Made by a program: the position numbers and the translations under genes. This document shows, in pieces, positions 45,025-53,378 of a stretch of 64,000 nt of DNA; positions within the stretch are counted from its first letter, which is position 1; each line of letters opens with the position of its first letter. The notes beneath the pieces are model-generated. The model was not told the DNA's origin. It worked only from the letters and a program-made list of their open reading frames with translations, and made no database searches. Source of the DNA: a virus; the IMG/VR virus record IMGVR_UViG_3300045988_097954, positions 1,532 to 65,531 of that record. The stretch is one strand, 5' to 3'.

Positions 45025-45114
45025 GGATAGTTGGCAGAGTATGGTTTATTGCGACAGTCTTGAAAACTGTTGAGCGGAAACGCTCCGTGGGTTCAAATCC
45101 TACACTATCCTCCA
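45025..45114 (+). tRNA. tRNA-Ser (anticodon TGA), long variable arm
   Basis: Acceptor GGATAGT/ACTATCC, ACAGT-CTTGAAA-ACTGT, variable arm GAGCG-GAAA-CGCTC, GTGGG-TTCAAAT-CCTAC, then TCCA. Confidence 0.85.
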
Positions 45115-45117
45115 TAT

Positions 45118-45236
45118 GAAGAATTAGCTTAAGGGTAAAGCACTATGAGGGGTGAATACTGGTTCGACTCCAGTAACGTAACGGTTTACAACACCATTAG
45201 TAGTAGATATTGGTTCAACCCCAGTATTCTTCACCA
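45118..45236 (+). ncRNA. 119-nt tRNA-like stable RNA candidate with an extra T-arm-like hairpin, CCA encoded
   Basis: Perfect acceptor GAAGAAT/ATTCTTC plus ACCA. D arm GCTT-AAGGGTA-AAGC and T arm ATTGG-TTCAACC-CCAGT. The internal about 55 nt fold as TACTGG-TTCGACT-CCAGTA and AACGGT-TTACAAC-ACCATT. Confidence 0.45.
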
Positions 45237-45358
45237 GAGCCAGATACATATGGTACGCCATTGTATCACCGAATGGGTTACTTAAGGGTTTCTCATTCGG
45301 ATGGCATTCTACATAATTTTCCTCCTGATGGTTACATCTTATGTTTGCAACCATTCGT

Positions 45359-45422
45359 GTCGCCATAGTTTAATTGGTAGAACCCCAAATGGGCGGTACA
45401 GGTTCGACTCCTGTTGGTGGCT
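45359..45422 (+). ncRNA. tRNA-like element lacking an anticodon arm (no encoded CCA)
   Basis: Acceptor GTCGCCA/TGGTGGC, TA, D arm GTTT-AATTGGTA-GAAC, 14-nt linker CCCAAATGGGCGGT, T arm ACAGG-TTCGACT-CCTGT. Confidence 0.3.
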
Positions 45423-45592
45423 GCATGTAAAATCCATATGTTGTATATCGGACGTCATATACACGTGTGGTTATCGAGCTGTGGCGATATGAATTATTAT
45501 GGGTCAGAACGTAAGCTGACACCACAGCAAAACCGAGAGGTGTTTCTCACAGGTTTCACCCAAAAACAAAAACCTGTGATTTATCATCAAAA

Positions 45593-45643
45593 GACCACTT
45601 GAGTATTTTCCCTCCTTTCATGCTCAGGTGGTCTTTTTTTTTG
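45593..45643 (+). terminator. rho-independent terminator of the tRNA operon
   Basis: 12-bp stem AGACCACTTGAG / CTCAGGTGGTCT followed by T8. Confidence 0.85.
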
Positions 45644-45644
45644 T

Positions 45645-45672
45645 TGACAAACACAGATAAATACTGTATAAT
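45645..45672 (+). promoter_or_regulatory. sigma-70 type promoter
   Basis: TTGACA-16-TATAAT. Confidence 0.7.
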
Positions 45673-45704
45673 ATACATAGAATGGAAACACAGGGGGTGA
45701 ATAT

Positions 45705-46589
45705 GTGAAAGAAAATTCATTCGTGTGTCCTGATGGTGAAACCATATTAGTTAAAGACTGTATGAGCCAATGTAGGATGCAACAGCGATGTCTAGCAAAA
45801 CCATTATTGGTAAACGCAAGTCGTCTCAGAGACCTGAATCGGACACACTTTAGTGTCACAGAAGTATTGTCGCCAACCTTATATATGTATCTAAAGGCGA
45901 ATAATCCTGAGACAATCAATCCGTTTTCATCCATCGCTGCAACTGTGGGTACATCACTTCATGGAATACTTGAGAATTGCTTACCACAGAATTACGCTGG
46001 TGAGTTTCGATTGAATTACCAAGGTCTCACAGGTCAAATGGACTGTATTGACTTAGAGTATCACACTCTATATGATTACAAGGTCGTTGGTGCATACAAG
46101 TGTGCGACAATGATGGGTGGACGACCATTGTGGAAACCCCATGTAATCACACGTGGAAAACGCAAAGGTGAAACCGAGATGAGACAACAATGGGTGTACG
46201 ATGGATTGCATCATTATGGTGACTACTGTAAGCAACAAAACCTATATAGAATACTATTGAATAAACATGGTATTCCCATTAATGATATGTTCTTACAAGT
46301 AATCATTAAAGAACCAATCAATACGATTAAGACTTTTAATCTGTCACAACAATGCTATTTGATACAACTACCAAAGATGAACGACCAACGTCTTCTTGAC
46401 TATGCGTTATACAAAAAGGATGCCTTGGTAAATGCCATCGCAAACAATGAATTGCCAAAAGAATGTTCTGCAAAAGAACGATGGGTATCAAAAACATATC
46501 CATTGGGTCGAAAGTGTCAAGATTATTGCTCTGTTTCATACTGTTGTCCATATTATCAAAAGAAATTACAGGAGAAGAAAAAACGATGA
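45705..46589 (+). CDS. PD-(D/E)XK exonuclease with Cys cluster (Cas4/RecB-family-like)
   Basis: GTG start after GGGGGTGA. CID..YDYK nuclease core, QQNLY (QxxxY) motif, N-terminal Cys plus C-terminal CQDYCSVSYCC cluster. Confidence 0.65.
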   Translation: MKENSFVCPDGETILVKDCMSQCRMQQRCLAKPLLVNASRLRDLNRTHFSVTEVLSPTLYMYLKANNPETINPFSSIAATVGTSLHGILENCLPQNYAGEFRLNYQGLTGQMDCIDLEYHTLYDYKVVGAYKCATMMGGRPLWKPHVITRGKRKGETEMRQQWVYDGLHHYGDYCKQQNLYRILLNKHGIPINDMFLQVIIKEPINTIKTFNLSQQCYLIQLPKMNDQRLLDYALYKKDALVNAIANNELPKECSAKERWVSKTYPLGRKCQDYCSVSYCCPYYQKKLQEKKKR

Positions 46590-46885
46590 TTAATATTAAA
46601 ACACAAGAGTTTATGACAACTACTAGATATGTGGTAACGTCAATCAAAAAACAATCACGAACTGCGTTCGTAAACGAAATCAAAGTCGGTGACGAATTCT
46701 ATATTTGTACTAAGTTACATGGTGAAAAAACACAAGCAGGGTATCTCGCTCCACGAGTACGATTATATTTCCCTGATAAAAACAAATATACAAAGTATAC
46801 TACACAAGAACGCATGCAACAAATCTTTGGTTTTAATTTTGATGCAGAACCTGTTAAATTACTCAGCGAAAGAGAAGACGTATGA
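46586..46885 (+). CDS. hypothetical protein
   Basis: ATGA-coupled start at 46586. Confidence 0.5.
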   Translation: MINIKTQEFMTTTRYVVTSIKKQSRTAFVNEIKVGDEFYICTKLHGEKTQAGYLAPRVRLYFPDKNKYTKYTTQERMQQIFGFNFDAEPVKLLSEREDV

Positions 46886-47535
46886 TTCTAGTCGGAAGAG
46901 CAGGCGTTGGTAAAGATACTGTTGCTGATTTATTGGTTGGTAACTTGCCGAAATATGCTTTTGCTGATGCCATTAAAGAAACAGTCCAAGTCATTCAAAC
47001 CGATGGCGTTGATGCTGGTATGGAATACTTGGCAGACTTGAGTGGTCATACCACAGATGAAATCATTGGTATTCTCCCTGTGGTGCAGACGATTGAAAAA
47101 ACCGTCTTAGACGGTAAACAACGAAAGCATTTACAATCGCTTGGCAATGGTTTACGAGCAATGTTTAAAGACTTTTGGATTATTGTCTTGCGAAATAAAA
47201 TCATTCGAGATAACCCAGATGGATACATTGTTACTGACTGTCGTTATTTAAATGAGTTACAGATGTTGCAAGAACTGGATGTTGGTCTTCCGTGTTACCG
47301 CAAGTCAATCTTTATCAGTGCAAACAAAAAAGAACGCATTAAACGTATGAAACAACGTGATGGCTCTTGTGATATCACCAGACTCAATGATGTATCTGAG
47401 ACATCTGTTGACGAACTCAAGGGGTATTGTGATTACAAAATCAATAATTCTAAGGGATATGCTGATTTGATTGTCGCTGTAGATAAAATCAATGGAGATA
47501 TCTTGCGTGAAAGACAGGAGTCCGACAATGGTTAA
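46882..47535 (+). CDS. P-loop nucleotide kinase (dNMP kinase-like)
   Basis: MILVGRAGVGKDT Walker A at the N-terminus; 217 aa. Confidence 0.6.
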   Translation: MILVGRAGVGKDTVADLLVGNLPKYAFADAIKETVQVIQTDGVDAGMEYLADLSGHTTDEIIGILPVVQTIEKTVLDGKQRKHLQSLGNGLRAMFKDFWIIVLRNKIIRDNPDGYIVTDCRYLNELQMLQELDVGLPCYRKSIFISANKKERIKRMKQRDGSCDITRLNDVSETSVDELKGYCDYKINNSKGYADLIVAVDKINGDILRERQESDNG

Positions 47536-47710
47536 AGAATTACATATGATTTCCATTATTGATTATCGAACAAATGAACTGAAGGCAGAAGTCAGACGTC
47601 AAATGTTAGATTCCGAGTTATCAAAGGAGCAGGCTGTTAAGTTAATATCTAAGGCATATGATGACATAACAGATACCGTATGCCGTTTATACGACAGAGC
47701 AGAGGTTTAA
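47528..47710 (+). CDS. small hypothetical protein
   Basis: ATG 47528 overlaps the upstream stop. Confidence 0.45.
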   Translation: MVKELHMISIIDYRTNELKAEVRRQMLDSELSKEQAVKLISKAYDDITDTVCRLYDRAEV

Positions 47711-47713
47711 TTA

Positions 47714-48133
47714 ATGAAATTAATTTATTCAGCAACAGTTTATGGTGAACCAGTACCACAAGGTAGACCACGGTTGTGTGGTCGAGGACGTTTCGTGAGA
47801 GCATATGACCCTCCGAAGTCCAAAGCATACAAACAGTTGATAAAAGACACAATCAAACATCCAAAAGAGGTGACAGATGTGCCACTACTGTTTGAACTTG
47901 ATATTTATCGTAAAATACCTAAAAGTGGTTCATATAAATTAAGAACAGACATGAGAGATGGTCTTGTGTTGCCGACTAAAAAACCAGATGTTGATAACGT
48001 GTTGAAAGGCGTTATGGATGCACTCAGCGGTATTGTATGGCACGATGACAACCAAGTGTGTGATGTCATCTGTCGTAAACGCTATAGTGATAATCCTCGG
48101 ATTGAATTCAAGGTGTACGATATTACACCATAA
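47714..48133 (+). CDS. rusA: RusA-type Holliday junction resolvase
   Basis: GEPVPQGRPR ... KPDVDNVLKGVMDALSGIVWHDDNQV. Confidence 0.8.
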   Translation: MKLIYSATVYGEPVPQGRPRLCGRGRFVRAYDPPKSKAYKQLIKDTIKHPKEVTDVPLLFELDIYRKIPKSGSYKLRTDMRDGLVLPTKKPDVDNVLKGVMDALSGIVWHDDNQVCDVICRKRYSDNPRIEFKVYDITP

Positions 48134-48148
48134 CAGGAGATTACATTT

Positions 48149-48709
48149 ATGTTAGAACAAAAATTAATTAATACAGATGGACTTGATAAAATGTGGGGGG
48201 AACACCTTGTGTGGTTCGATAGTGTTAAATACCATTTGATTTCTACCGAAGACCCACAATCGGAAGATGTTCGCAAGTATCATAAACATTGGGTTGTATT
48301 CTTGACAGGCAATGTCGATGAAGATATTTCTGAAATTCAACGACAAACATTCTTGACAAATGAAACATTGGATGAGTGCTTGTGTGACATCGGTATTGTA
48401 GAAGATGACTGTGGTATTGAACCAGAAGATATTGTCAAAAGAGCAACAGTTGATAAAAATGGCGATGTCTCTGAGGACTTATTTCTCAAAGAGCATCTTG
48501 CATTAAACAACAAAAATACCATTGCTGTATATGAGATTGCAGACGATAATCAAACGAAAACTGCGAAGATTATCTCTGGTGCGATTGAGCATGGATATAC
48601 TTTAAAAGAAGCCATGATTTGGGCGATGCAACTTGGATATATGGCTCAAGACAAGATTGTCAAACAATTAGAAGACACAATTAGTGCGGTGGAATCATGG
48701 ACTATTTAG
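48149..48709 (+). CDS. hypothetical protein
   Basis: RBS ACAGGAGA; 186 aa. Confidence 0.55.
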   Translation: MLEQKLINTDGLDKMWGEHLVWFDSVKYHLISTEDPQSEDVRKYHKHWVVFLTGNVDEDISEIQRQTFLTNETLDECLCDIGIVEDDCGIEPEDIVKRATVDKNGDVSEDLFLKEHLALNNKNTIAVYEIADDNQTKTAKIISGAIEHGYTLKEAMIWAMQLGYMAQDKIVKQLEDTISAVESWTI

Positions 48710-48819
48710 TAATACTTGTAATATTAAAACACATATTAAACATCACGTTTACCGTATGGTTTGCATATGTTATTTATGCGGCATTGCGTGAGTGGTACTA
48801 TTGGTTTAAACATAAGTAA
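48697..48819 (+). CDS. small hydrophobic protein (40 aa)
   Basis: MDYLVILVILKHILNITFTVWFAYVIYAAL..; overlaps the upstream gene end; below the track cutoff. Confidence 0.35.
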   Translation: MDYLVILVILKHILNITFTVWFAYVIYAALREWYYWFKHK

Positions 48820-48834
48820 ACAGGAGATACAAAT

Positions 48835-49170
48835 ATGATTAAAATTATGGATAAATTATTGGGCGTGACGATGTTGGCTGGTATGTTGTTATTCTTGGGT
48901 GTTCAACCCTCGCATGCATACCCAATACAAGCCAATGTATCAGCCTATGCAGAACACGGAACGATGGCAAACGGTGAGTGGACACATGAGGGTGCTATTG
49001 CAGCAGACGACTTACCGTTTGGTACACATGTAATTATCAATGGTCGTGAATATGTTGTAAAAGACCGATTCGGTGGTGGTTATTCTAATGCAATTGACAT
49101 TTGGATGCCATCATATGATGATGCCATTGAATTCGGTCGTCAGTATTTGACTGTGGAAGTATTATTGTAA
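48835..49170 (+). CDS. secreted 3D-domain protein (MltA/RlpA-like fold)
   Basis: Signal peptide, then IAADDLPFGTHVIINGREYVVKDRFGGGYSNAIDIWM with three conserved Asp positions. Confidence 0.6.
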   Translation: MIKIMDKLLGVTMLAGMLLFLGVQPSHAYPIQANVSAYAEHGTMANGEWTHEGAIAADDLPFGTHVIINGREYVVKDRFGGGYSNAIDIWMPSYDDAIEFGRQYLTVEVLL

Positions 49171-49179
49171 GAGGAAATT

Positions 49180-49623
49180 ATGTCAAAACAAACAAGAGGA
49201 TTTGAATCAATTGGTGATTGCACACAAGTGATGCCTGTCAGGGGGTCAGCTCATAGTGCAGGATATGATATTTGTGCTATAGATGATTATGTGATTAGAC
49301 CAAACCAATCAGTAGTCATTCATACAGGCGTTAAAGCATATATGCCAAAAGATGAATACTTGGATTTACGTGTGCGGTCTTCTTTGGGGATTAAACGACA
49401 ATTAATGCTTGCGACAGGGGCATCTGTTATTGACTCTGACTATTATAATAACCCAGACAATGAGGGCGAAATTATGGTCGTATTACACAACTATGGGTCT
49501 GTAACACAAAAGATTGATGCTGGCGAACGTATCGTTCAAGGTATCTTTACTAAGTATTTCTTGGCAGATAATGACAACGTAACTACAAAACGCACAGGTG
49601 GCACAGGTTCTACAAATAAATAA
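49180..49623 (+). CDS. dut: dUTPase
   Basis: GSAHSAGYDI, GASVIDSDYYN and the C-terminal RTGGTGSTNK motif. Confidence 0.85.
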   Translation: MSKQTRGFESIGDCTQVMPVRGSAHSAGYDICAIDDYVIRPNQSVVIHTGVKAYMPKDEYLDLRVRSSLGIKRQLMLATGASVIDSDYYNNPDNEGEIMVVLHNYGSVTQKIDAGERIVQGIFTKYFLADNDNVTTKRTGGTGSTNK

Positions 49624-49641
49624 CAGGAGTTTAGACAATCC

Positions 49642-49962
49642 ATGTATAAGCGATATATGTTTTTAGTGGATATGTTTAAGAATGGGGAGTTGTATCGTGT
49701 TTCAATCTATGGACAAAACAGGGAATTGATACAACAATATTTATACTCGATTTCACCAGAGGTTATCTTCTTGCGTGAAGACGAGGAAACAGAAAAACAA
49801 CAAAAGAAACGCACCAAAGGCAAGTTTCGGTCGATTTATTATCACGGAGAAAACATTGGTACAATTGTTCAATGTGAGTTTCGTACCGACCGTTGTCAAT
49901 CCATTGGTGACAGGTCAAAGAAGTTGCCTGGTGTTGATGAAAGATATATGGTGGTCGAATGA
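49642..49962 (+). CDS. hypothetical protein
   Basis: RBS ACAGGAG. Confidence 0.5.
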   Translation: MYKRYMFLVDMFKNGELYRVSIYGQNRELIQQYLYSISPEVIFLREDEETEKQQKKRTKGKFRSIYYHGENIGTIVQCEFRTDRCQSIGDRSKKLPGVDERYMVVE

Positions 49963-50612
49963 ATAAATTAATGGGATTCTTTTGTTCGAATGTTGACGAA
50001 TTAGCCACAATACACGAGTTTGACAACCGCATGTCTTTCGAAGAGTTTAATCAAAATCGGATTTCAAACAAAATTATCCGTAAGTTAAAACGCTATAGAG
50101 AATTCGATTATGAACGCTCACCAGAAGACATCTTGATTGAACAAGAAGAATTAACCGAGATGACGTATGCGTTTTTACAACTACAGAATAAATTGGGGTC
50201 TGCGAACATGAGTCGTCTTATCATGCGATACGGACACAAGATGAAAGTCAAAGATATTGCCATACAGTTTGGCGAATACAAGATGATGACCTCAAGACGT
50301 CTCAAGAAGGCATATAAGATGGCTCAAGAGATTATCGAACGGTTGATTAACGATGGCGTTCTCGATAGAGAAGTATTATATCAAGACGTTCGATACTATG
50401 AAGCAAAGACACCAACCATTAAAGTCAATTATCCTTTTGACTCTGCACGAGAGACATTTAAACGCATGTATAAGTACGCAGGCGAGCAACGACCAATGAC
50501 AACTTGCAAAGCCATTGAATATCTTGACGAGTCATTTGGTGATACAAACACTATTTGTAATTTCTGCGGCAACCAATGTTCTCGCAAGAAAACCATGGAG
50601 GAGCGCATTTGA
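49959..50612 (+). CDS. sigma-factor-like protein (region 4-like HTH)
   Basis: MSRLIMRYGHKMKVKDIAIQFGEYKMMTSRRLKKAYKMAQEIIERL resembles sigma-70 region 4.2. No clear region 2 seen. Cys-rich C-terminus. Confidence 0.4.
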   Translation: MNKLMGFFCSNVDELATIHEFDNRMSFEEFNQNRISNKIIRKLKRYREFDYERSPEDILIEQEELTEMTYAFLQLQNKLGSANMSRLIMRYGHKMKVKDIAIQFGEYKMMTSRRLKKAYKMAQEIIERLINDGVLDREVLYQDVRYYEAKTPTIKVNYPFDSARETFKRMYKYAGEQRPMTTCKAIEYLDESFGDTNTICNFCGNQCSRKKTMEERI

Positions 50613-51409
50613 ATATTGCTGAACAATCATTTAATTTAAACAAACTGGATGTACGTGTCACGGCAGACAGAGCATTTGTCGCTGACGTATCAGATATCCA
50701 CGTTGGTAATATCTATCATAATCGAACAAAATTTGAGGACTTCTTATCTAAGGTCAAGTCTATTGACAATCTATATTTGATTATCGGTGGTGATTCTACT
50801 GATAATGCCACCACGTCATCCGCATCATCTGTGTTTGAACAATCGGAACACGGTGGAGACCAAGTACTGACTGCTTATAGATTACTAGAACCGATTAAAG
50901 ACCGTATTTTGTTTTGCCGAAGTGGTAACCATGGATATGAACGTGCGTTGAAATACAACCGTTTAATTCCTGAGCAGATGCTGGCGGAGTTGTTGGGTGT
51001 GCCGTTTTACCATGGTATGGCATCGGTATTCTTTAATGTCAACAAAAACTTGTATGTTATTGGTACATGGCATAACTCAAAGAAACCAGATAAAATGGAA
51101 TGGCTTCATACCGATGTTACGTTCTATGAACATCTACATAAGACAACTTATGAGCGAACACTCGTGGCAGAACCGAATCGCATCGCCAAGTGCTGGTCTT
51201 TGATTGAACATTATGATGTGCAAACAGGCTCATTCCTTGGTTGGGGTGGGTATTCTGCTGATAAAGGGTATCGTCCAAACGACAGTGGTACATCTGTGGT
51301 TGAATTTTCTGGTGAACGCAACAAAAAGTCAATTCGAGTTCACGACAGTATTGACCGTCTGTTGGAGCTTGAGGAATTGCGAAAGCGTGTATCGGATGGC
51401 AACAAATAA
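50609..51409 (+). CDS. calcineurin-like metallophosphoesterase
   Basis: DIHVGN, GGDSTDN and GNHGYE motifs. Start uncertain (TTG 50609 after GGAGGA, or upstream). Confidence 0.7.
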   Translation: MNIAEQSFNLNKLDVRVTADRAFVADVSDIHVGNIYHNRTKFEDFLSKVKSIDNLYLIIGGDSTDNATTSSASSVFEQSEHGGDQVLTAYRLLEPIKDRILFCRSGNHGYERALKYNRLIPEQMLAELLGVPFYHGMASVFFNVNKNLYVIGTWHNSKKPDKMEWLHTDVTFYEHLHKTTYERTLVAEPNRIAKCWSLIEHYDVQTGSFLGWGGYSADKGYRPNDSGTSVVEFSGERNKKSIRVHDSIDRLLELEELRKRVSDGNK

Positions 51410-51569
51410 GAATACAACCAAACGTAAACGCAAGCCATCAATACCAAAAACACCACTTGATGCAATACATAAGAAATGTCGTGAGTGTTGTTGTGGAACA
51501 CTTGAAGAGGTTCGTTTGTGTGAAATCACGGAATGTGCCTTATGGCATTACCGATTGGCGGAAGATTAA
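51396..51569 (+). CDS. small zinc-ribbon protein
   Basis: KKCRECCCGT..LCEITECALW; basic N-terminus; 57 aa. Confidence 0.45.
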   Translation: MATNKNTTKRKRKPSIPKTPLDAIHKKCRECCCGTLEEVRLCEITECALWHYRLAED

Positions 51570-51588
51570 TTTCTTCCGTCTTTTTTTT
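51557..51588 (+). terminator. rho-independent terminator
   Basis: GGCGGAAGA / TCTTCCGTC stem followed by T8. Confidence 0.8.
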
Positions 51589-51596
51589 ATTTGTTG

Positions 51597-51625
51597 TTGA
51601 CATAAGTTATATTCCGTGATATTCT
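51597..51625 (+). promoter_or_regulatory. sigma-70 type promoter
   Basis: TTGACA-17-TATTCT. Confidence 0.5.
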
Positions 51626-51662
51626 ATATGTAATTAATCTATTGTTTACTACAGGAGGATAT

Positions 51663-51836
51663 ATGTTACAATCTAAATATTTAACACAAGATGGCATCAC
51701 AGGATTTTTACAAATGATTTATGACCGAGGGTATAACTTTGTGTTTCGTAACCCAGATAAATGTGAATACACCTTATCAAAGAAAGAGCCTGTGTTCCGT
51801 GGGAATACATTCTTGAGATGTGATGGTGACAAATAA
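51663..51836 (+). CDS. small hypothetical protein
   Basis: ATG 51663 follows ACAGGAGG. Confidence 0.5.
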   Translation: MLQSKYLTQDGITGFLQMIYDRGYNFVFRNPDKCEYTLSKKEPVFRGNTFLRCDGDK

Positions 51837-52110
51837 CAACTGGGGCGGTGGTCGCAAGATACCGCAAAAGCGTGAGTATTATTTGGAATATGGCGATGGC
51901 TTTGACGACATTTTAAACAAATGTAAATCCCTGTGCGGATGTCATAAGTGTGGTTCAAAGCCAATCCCCATTATTCAACATCAGCGTTCAAAAGATGAAC
52001 GTTGGATATACTTATGTTGCCCCAAGCACCCAAAGAACCGTACATACATAAATCTTGATTATAATGCCATGTTTAAAGCATGGGAATTTTTACAACGAAA
52101 GCAGGACTGA
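51820..52110 (+). CDS. Cys-rich small protein
   Basis: CKSLCGCHKCG ... CCPKHP. Confidence 0.45.
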   Translation: MMVTNNNWGGGRKIPQKREYYLEYGDGFDDILNKCKSLCGCHKCGSKPIPIIQHQRSKDERWIYLCCPKHPKNRTYINLDYNAMFKAWEFLQRKQD

Positions 52111-52112
52111 TT

Positions 52113-52277
52113 ATGGATAGAGAATTAAAAGAGAAATTATTTATGTTTATCGACATAGCATCGGTATTGATTACCCTTGGGTCATTTATTCAAGTGTTTG
52201 TCTTTGGTAATCAAGATTGGTTTGGAGCAATGTTATTATGTCTAGCAATCTCTTGTTTCTTACCATTGTTTGATTAA
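52113..52277 (+). CDS. small membrane protein
   Basis: Two hydrophobic helices; 54 aa. Confidence 0.4.
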   Translation: MDRELKEKLFMFIDIASVLITLGSFIQVFVFGNQDWFGAMLLCLAISCFLPLFD

Positions 52278-52289
52278 CAGGAGGTATAT

Positions 52290-52550
52290 ATGCGTTTTAG
52301 TCAAGCATATGAACAATTGTTAAATGGTGCAGCCATCCGCAGATATCATTGGGGTACACACCAATATCTACGCATGAAAAATCATCAGTTATATATGTAT
52401 GCCAATGGTACTCAACAAAAGGTTGACTGCATTAAGGCTTCTGCCATTATTGCAACCGATTGGCAAACTTGTGATGATATCTATAAAACAACACGAGTAC
52501 AACAAGACGATTTATTACAGTATTTACAAGAGTTGAATAACTCGTTATAA
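52290..52550 (+). CDS. DUF2829-like protein (Tad2-like candidate)
   Basis: MRFSQAYEQLLNGAAIRRYHWG ... ASAIIATDWQ; RBS ACAGGAGG. Confidence 0.55.
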   Translation: MRFSQAYEQLLNGAAIRRYHWGTHQYLRMKNHQLYMYANGTQQKVDCIKASAIIATDWQTCDDIYKTTRVQQDDLLQYLQELNNSL

Positions 52551-52564
52551 ACACAGGAGGACAT

Positions 52565-52960
52565 ATGAAAACATCGGTAAGAATCAATGGAGTAGTCATA
52601 CAGGATTCTATTAAAAAGATTGAAGATTCTTCTGTATTGGTCGATAAGTTATTGGCGACATTCAATAATACAGCATTTACATCCGTTGAAGATGTTATGT
52701 TATATTTGTATAGACTTAAAGAAAATATGAGTACTAGACACCAGTGGAAACATAAAAAATTGCGTGGTTTATTACGACAACACCACATTCGTTTATGTGA
52801 TTTATCAGAACGGACAGGGATTAATATTGCGACGTTGTCTCTAAAGATGAATGGTCGCAAACTATGGACTGAATCAGACAAAGACGCTATTTTGACAGCA
52901 CTTGGATTGCAATATTCCAAACAACTGGATAAAGAATTGTTTGAAACACAGGAGAACTAA
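52565..52960 (+). CDS. HTH (XRE-like) domain protein
   Basis: LRQHHIRLCDLSERTGINIATLSLKMNG. Confidence 0.5.
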   Translation: MKTSVRINGVVIQDSIKKIEDSSVLVDKLLATFNNTAFTSVEDVMLYLYRLKENMSTRHQWKHKKLRGLLRQHHIRLCDLSERTGINIATLSLKMNGRKLWTESDKDAILTALGLQYSKQLDKELFETQEN

Positions 52961-52962
52961 TT

Positions 52963-53373
52963 ATGGATATTACACAGGGGAACATTATTAGATACGCAGG
53001 TACATATTATGCGGTATTGTCTGTTGATTATAAAGATAAGACTTGCTTATGTATAAATAAACTTGGGGTTGTCTCTACGTTCGACCTAAGTTCTATTAGC
53101 CAAGTTTATAAGACTGAAGTGTTAGAGACCGTATTGTCTGCTTTAGATAATTTTGAGATAGATAGACGTAATGACATATCCAACAATACCATCGAACTAA
53201 TTAAACATTTGAATGAAATGCTTTTTAGATATAATGATGAATATTATCAAGTAACAGATAAAATTAAACGAGATGGTAATTATTTCTATATTCAAGTTGA
53301 ATGTTGTGAAGAAAAACGTTTTGATTGGGTAGAACTACAAGTTTTACTCAATAGAATTACACATGGAGATTAA
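52963..53373 (+). CDS. hypothetical protein
   Basis: RBS ACAGGAGA. Confidence 0.5.
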   Translation: MDITQGNIIRYAGTYYAVLSVDYKDKTCLCINKLGVVSTFDLSSISQVYKTEVLETVLSALDNFEIDRRNDISNNTIELIKHLNEMLFRYNDEYYQVTDKIKRDGNYFYIQVECCEEKRFDWVELQVLLNRITHGD

Positions 53374-53378
53374 TAACT

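Noticed and set aside
44538-45114. Suppressor tRNA or stop-codon reassignment
   Set aside because: All six canonical anticodons (GTT, GTA, CCA, TAG, TTG, TGA) read sense codons. Long uninterrupted ORFs under the standard code argue against recoding.
45478-45538. 61-nt element with a 7-bp terminal helix (GCTGTGG/CCACAGC) and hairpin GTCAG-AACGTAAG-CTGAC, considered as a T-arm-less tRNA-like RNA
   Set aside because: It has no D-loop or T-loop signatures and no CCA. The evidence is only two helices. The recurrence of AACGT in three loops (44338, 45175, 45516) may be coincidence.
43946-45934. Minus-strand ORFs overlapping the tRNA operon (43946-44149, 44549-44910, 45124-45366, 45587-45934) and plus-strand ORFs 44344-44526, 44781-44969, 45301-45602
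   Set aside because: They run through hand-folded tRNAs and the operon terminator and lack an RBS. The only AGGAGG nearby (minus strand, about 45315) is followed by ATG then TAG.
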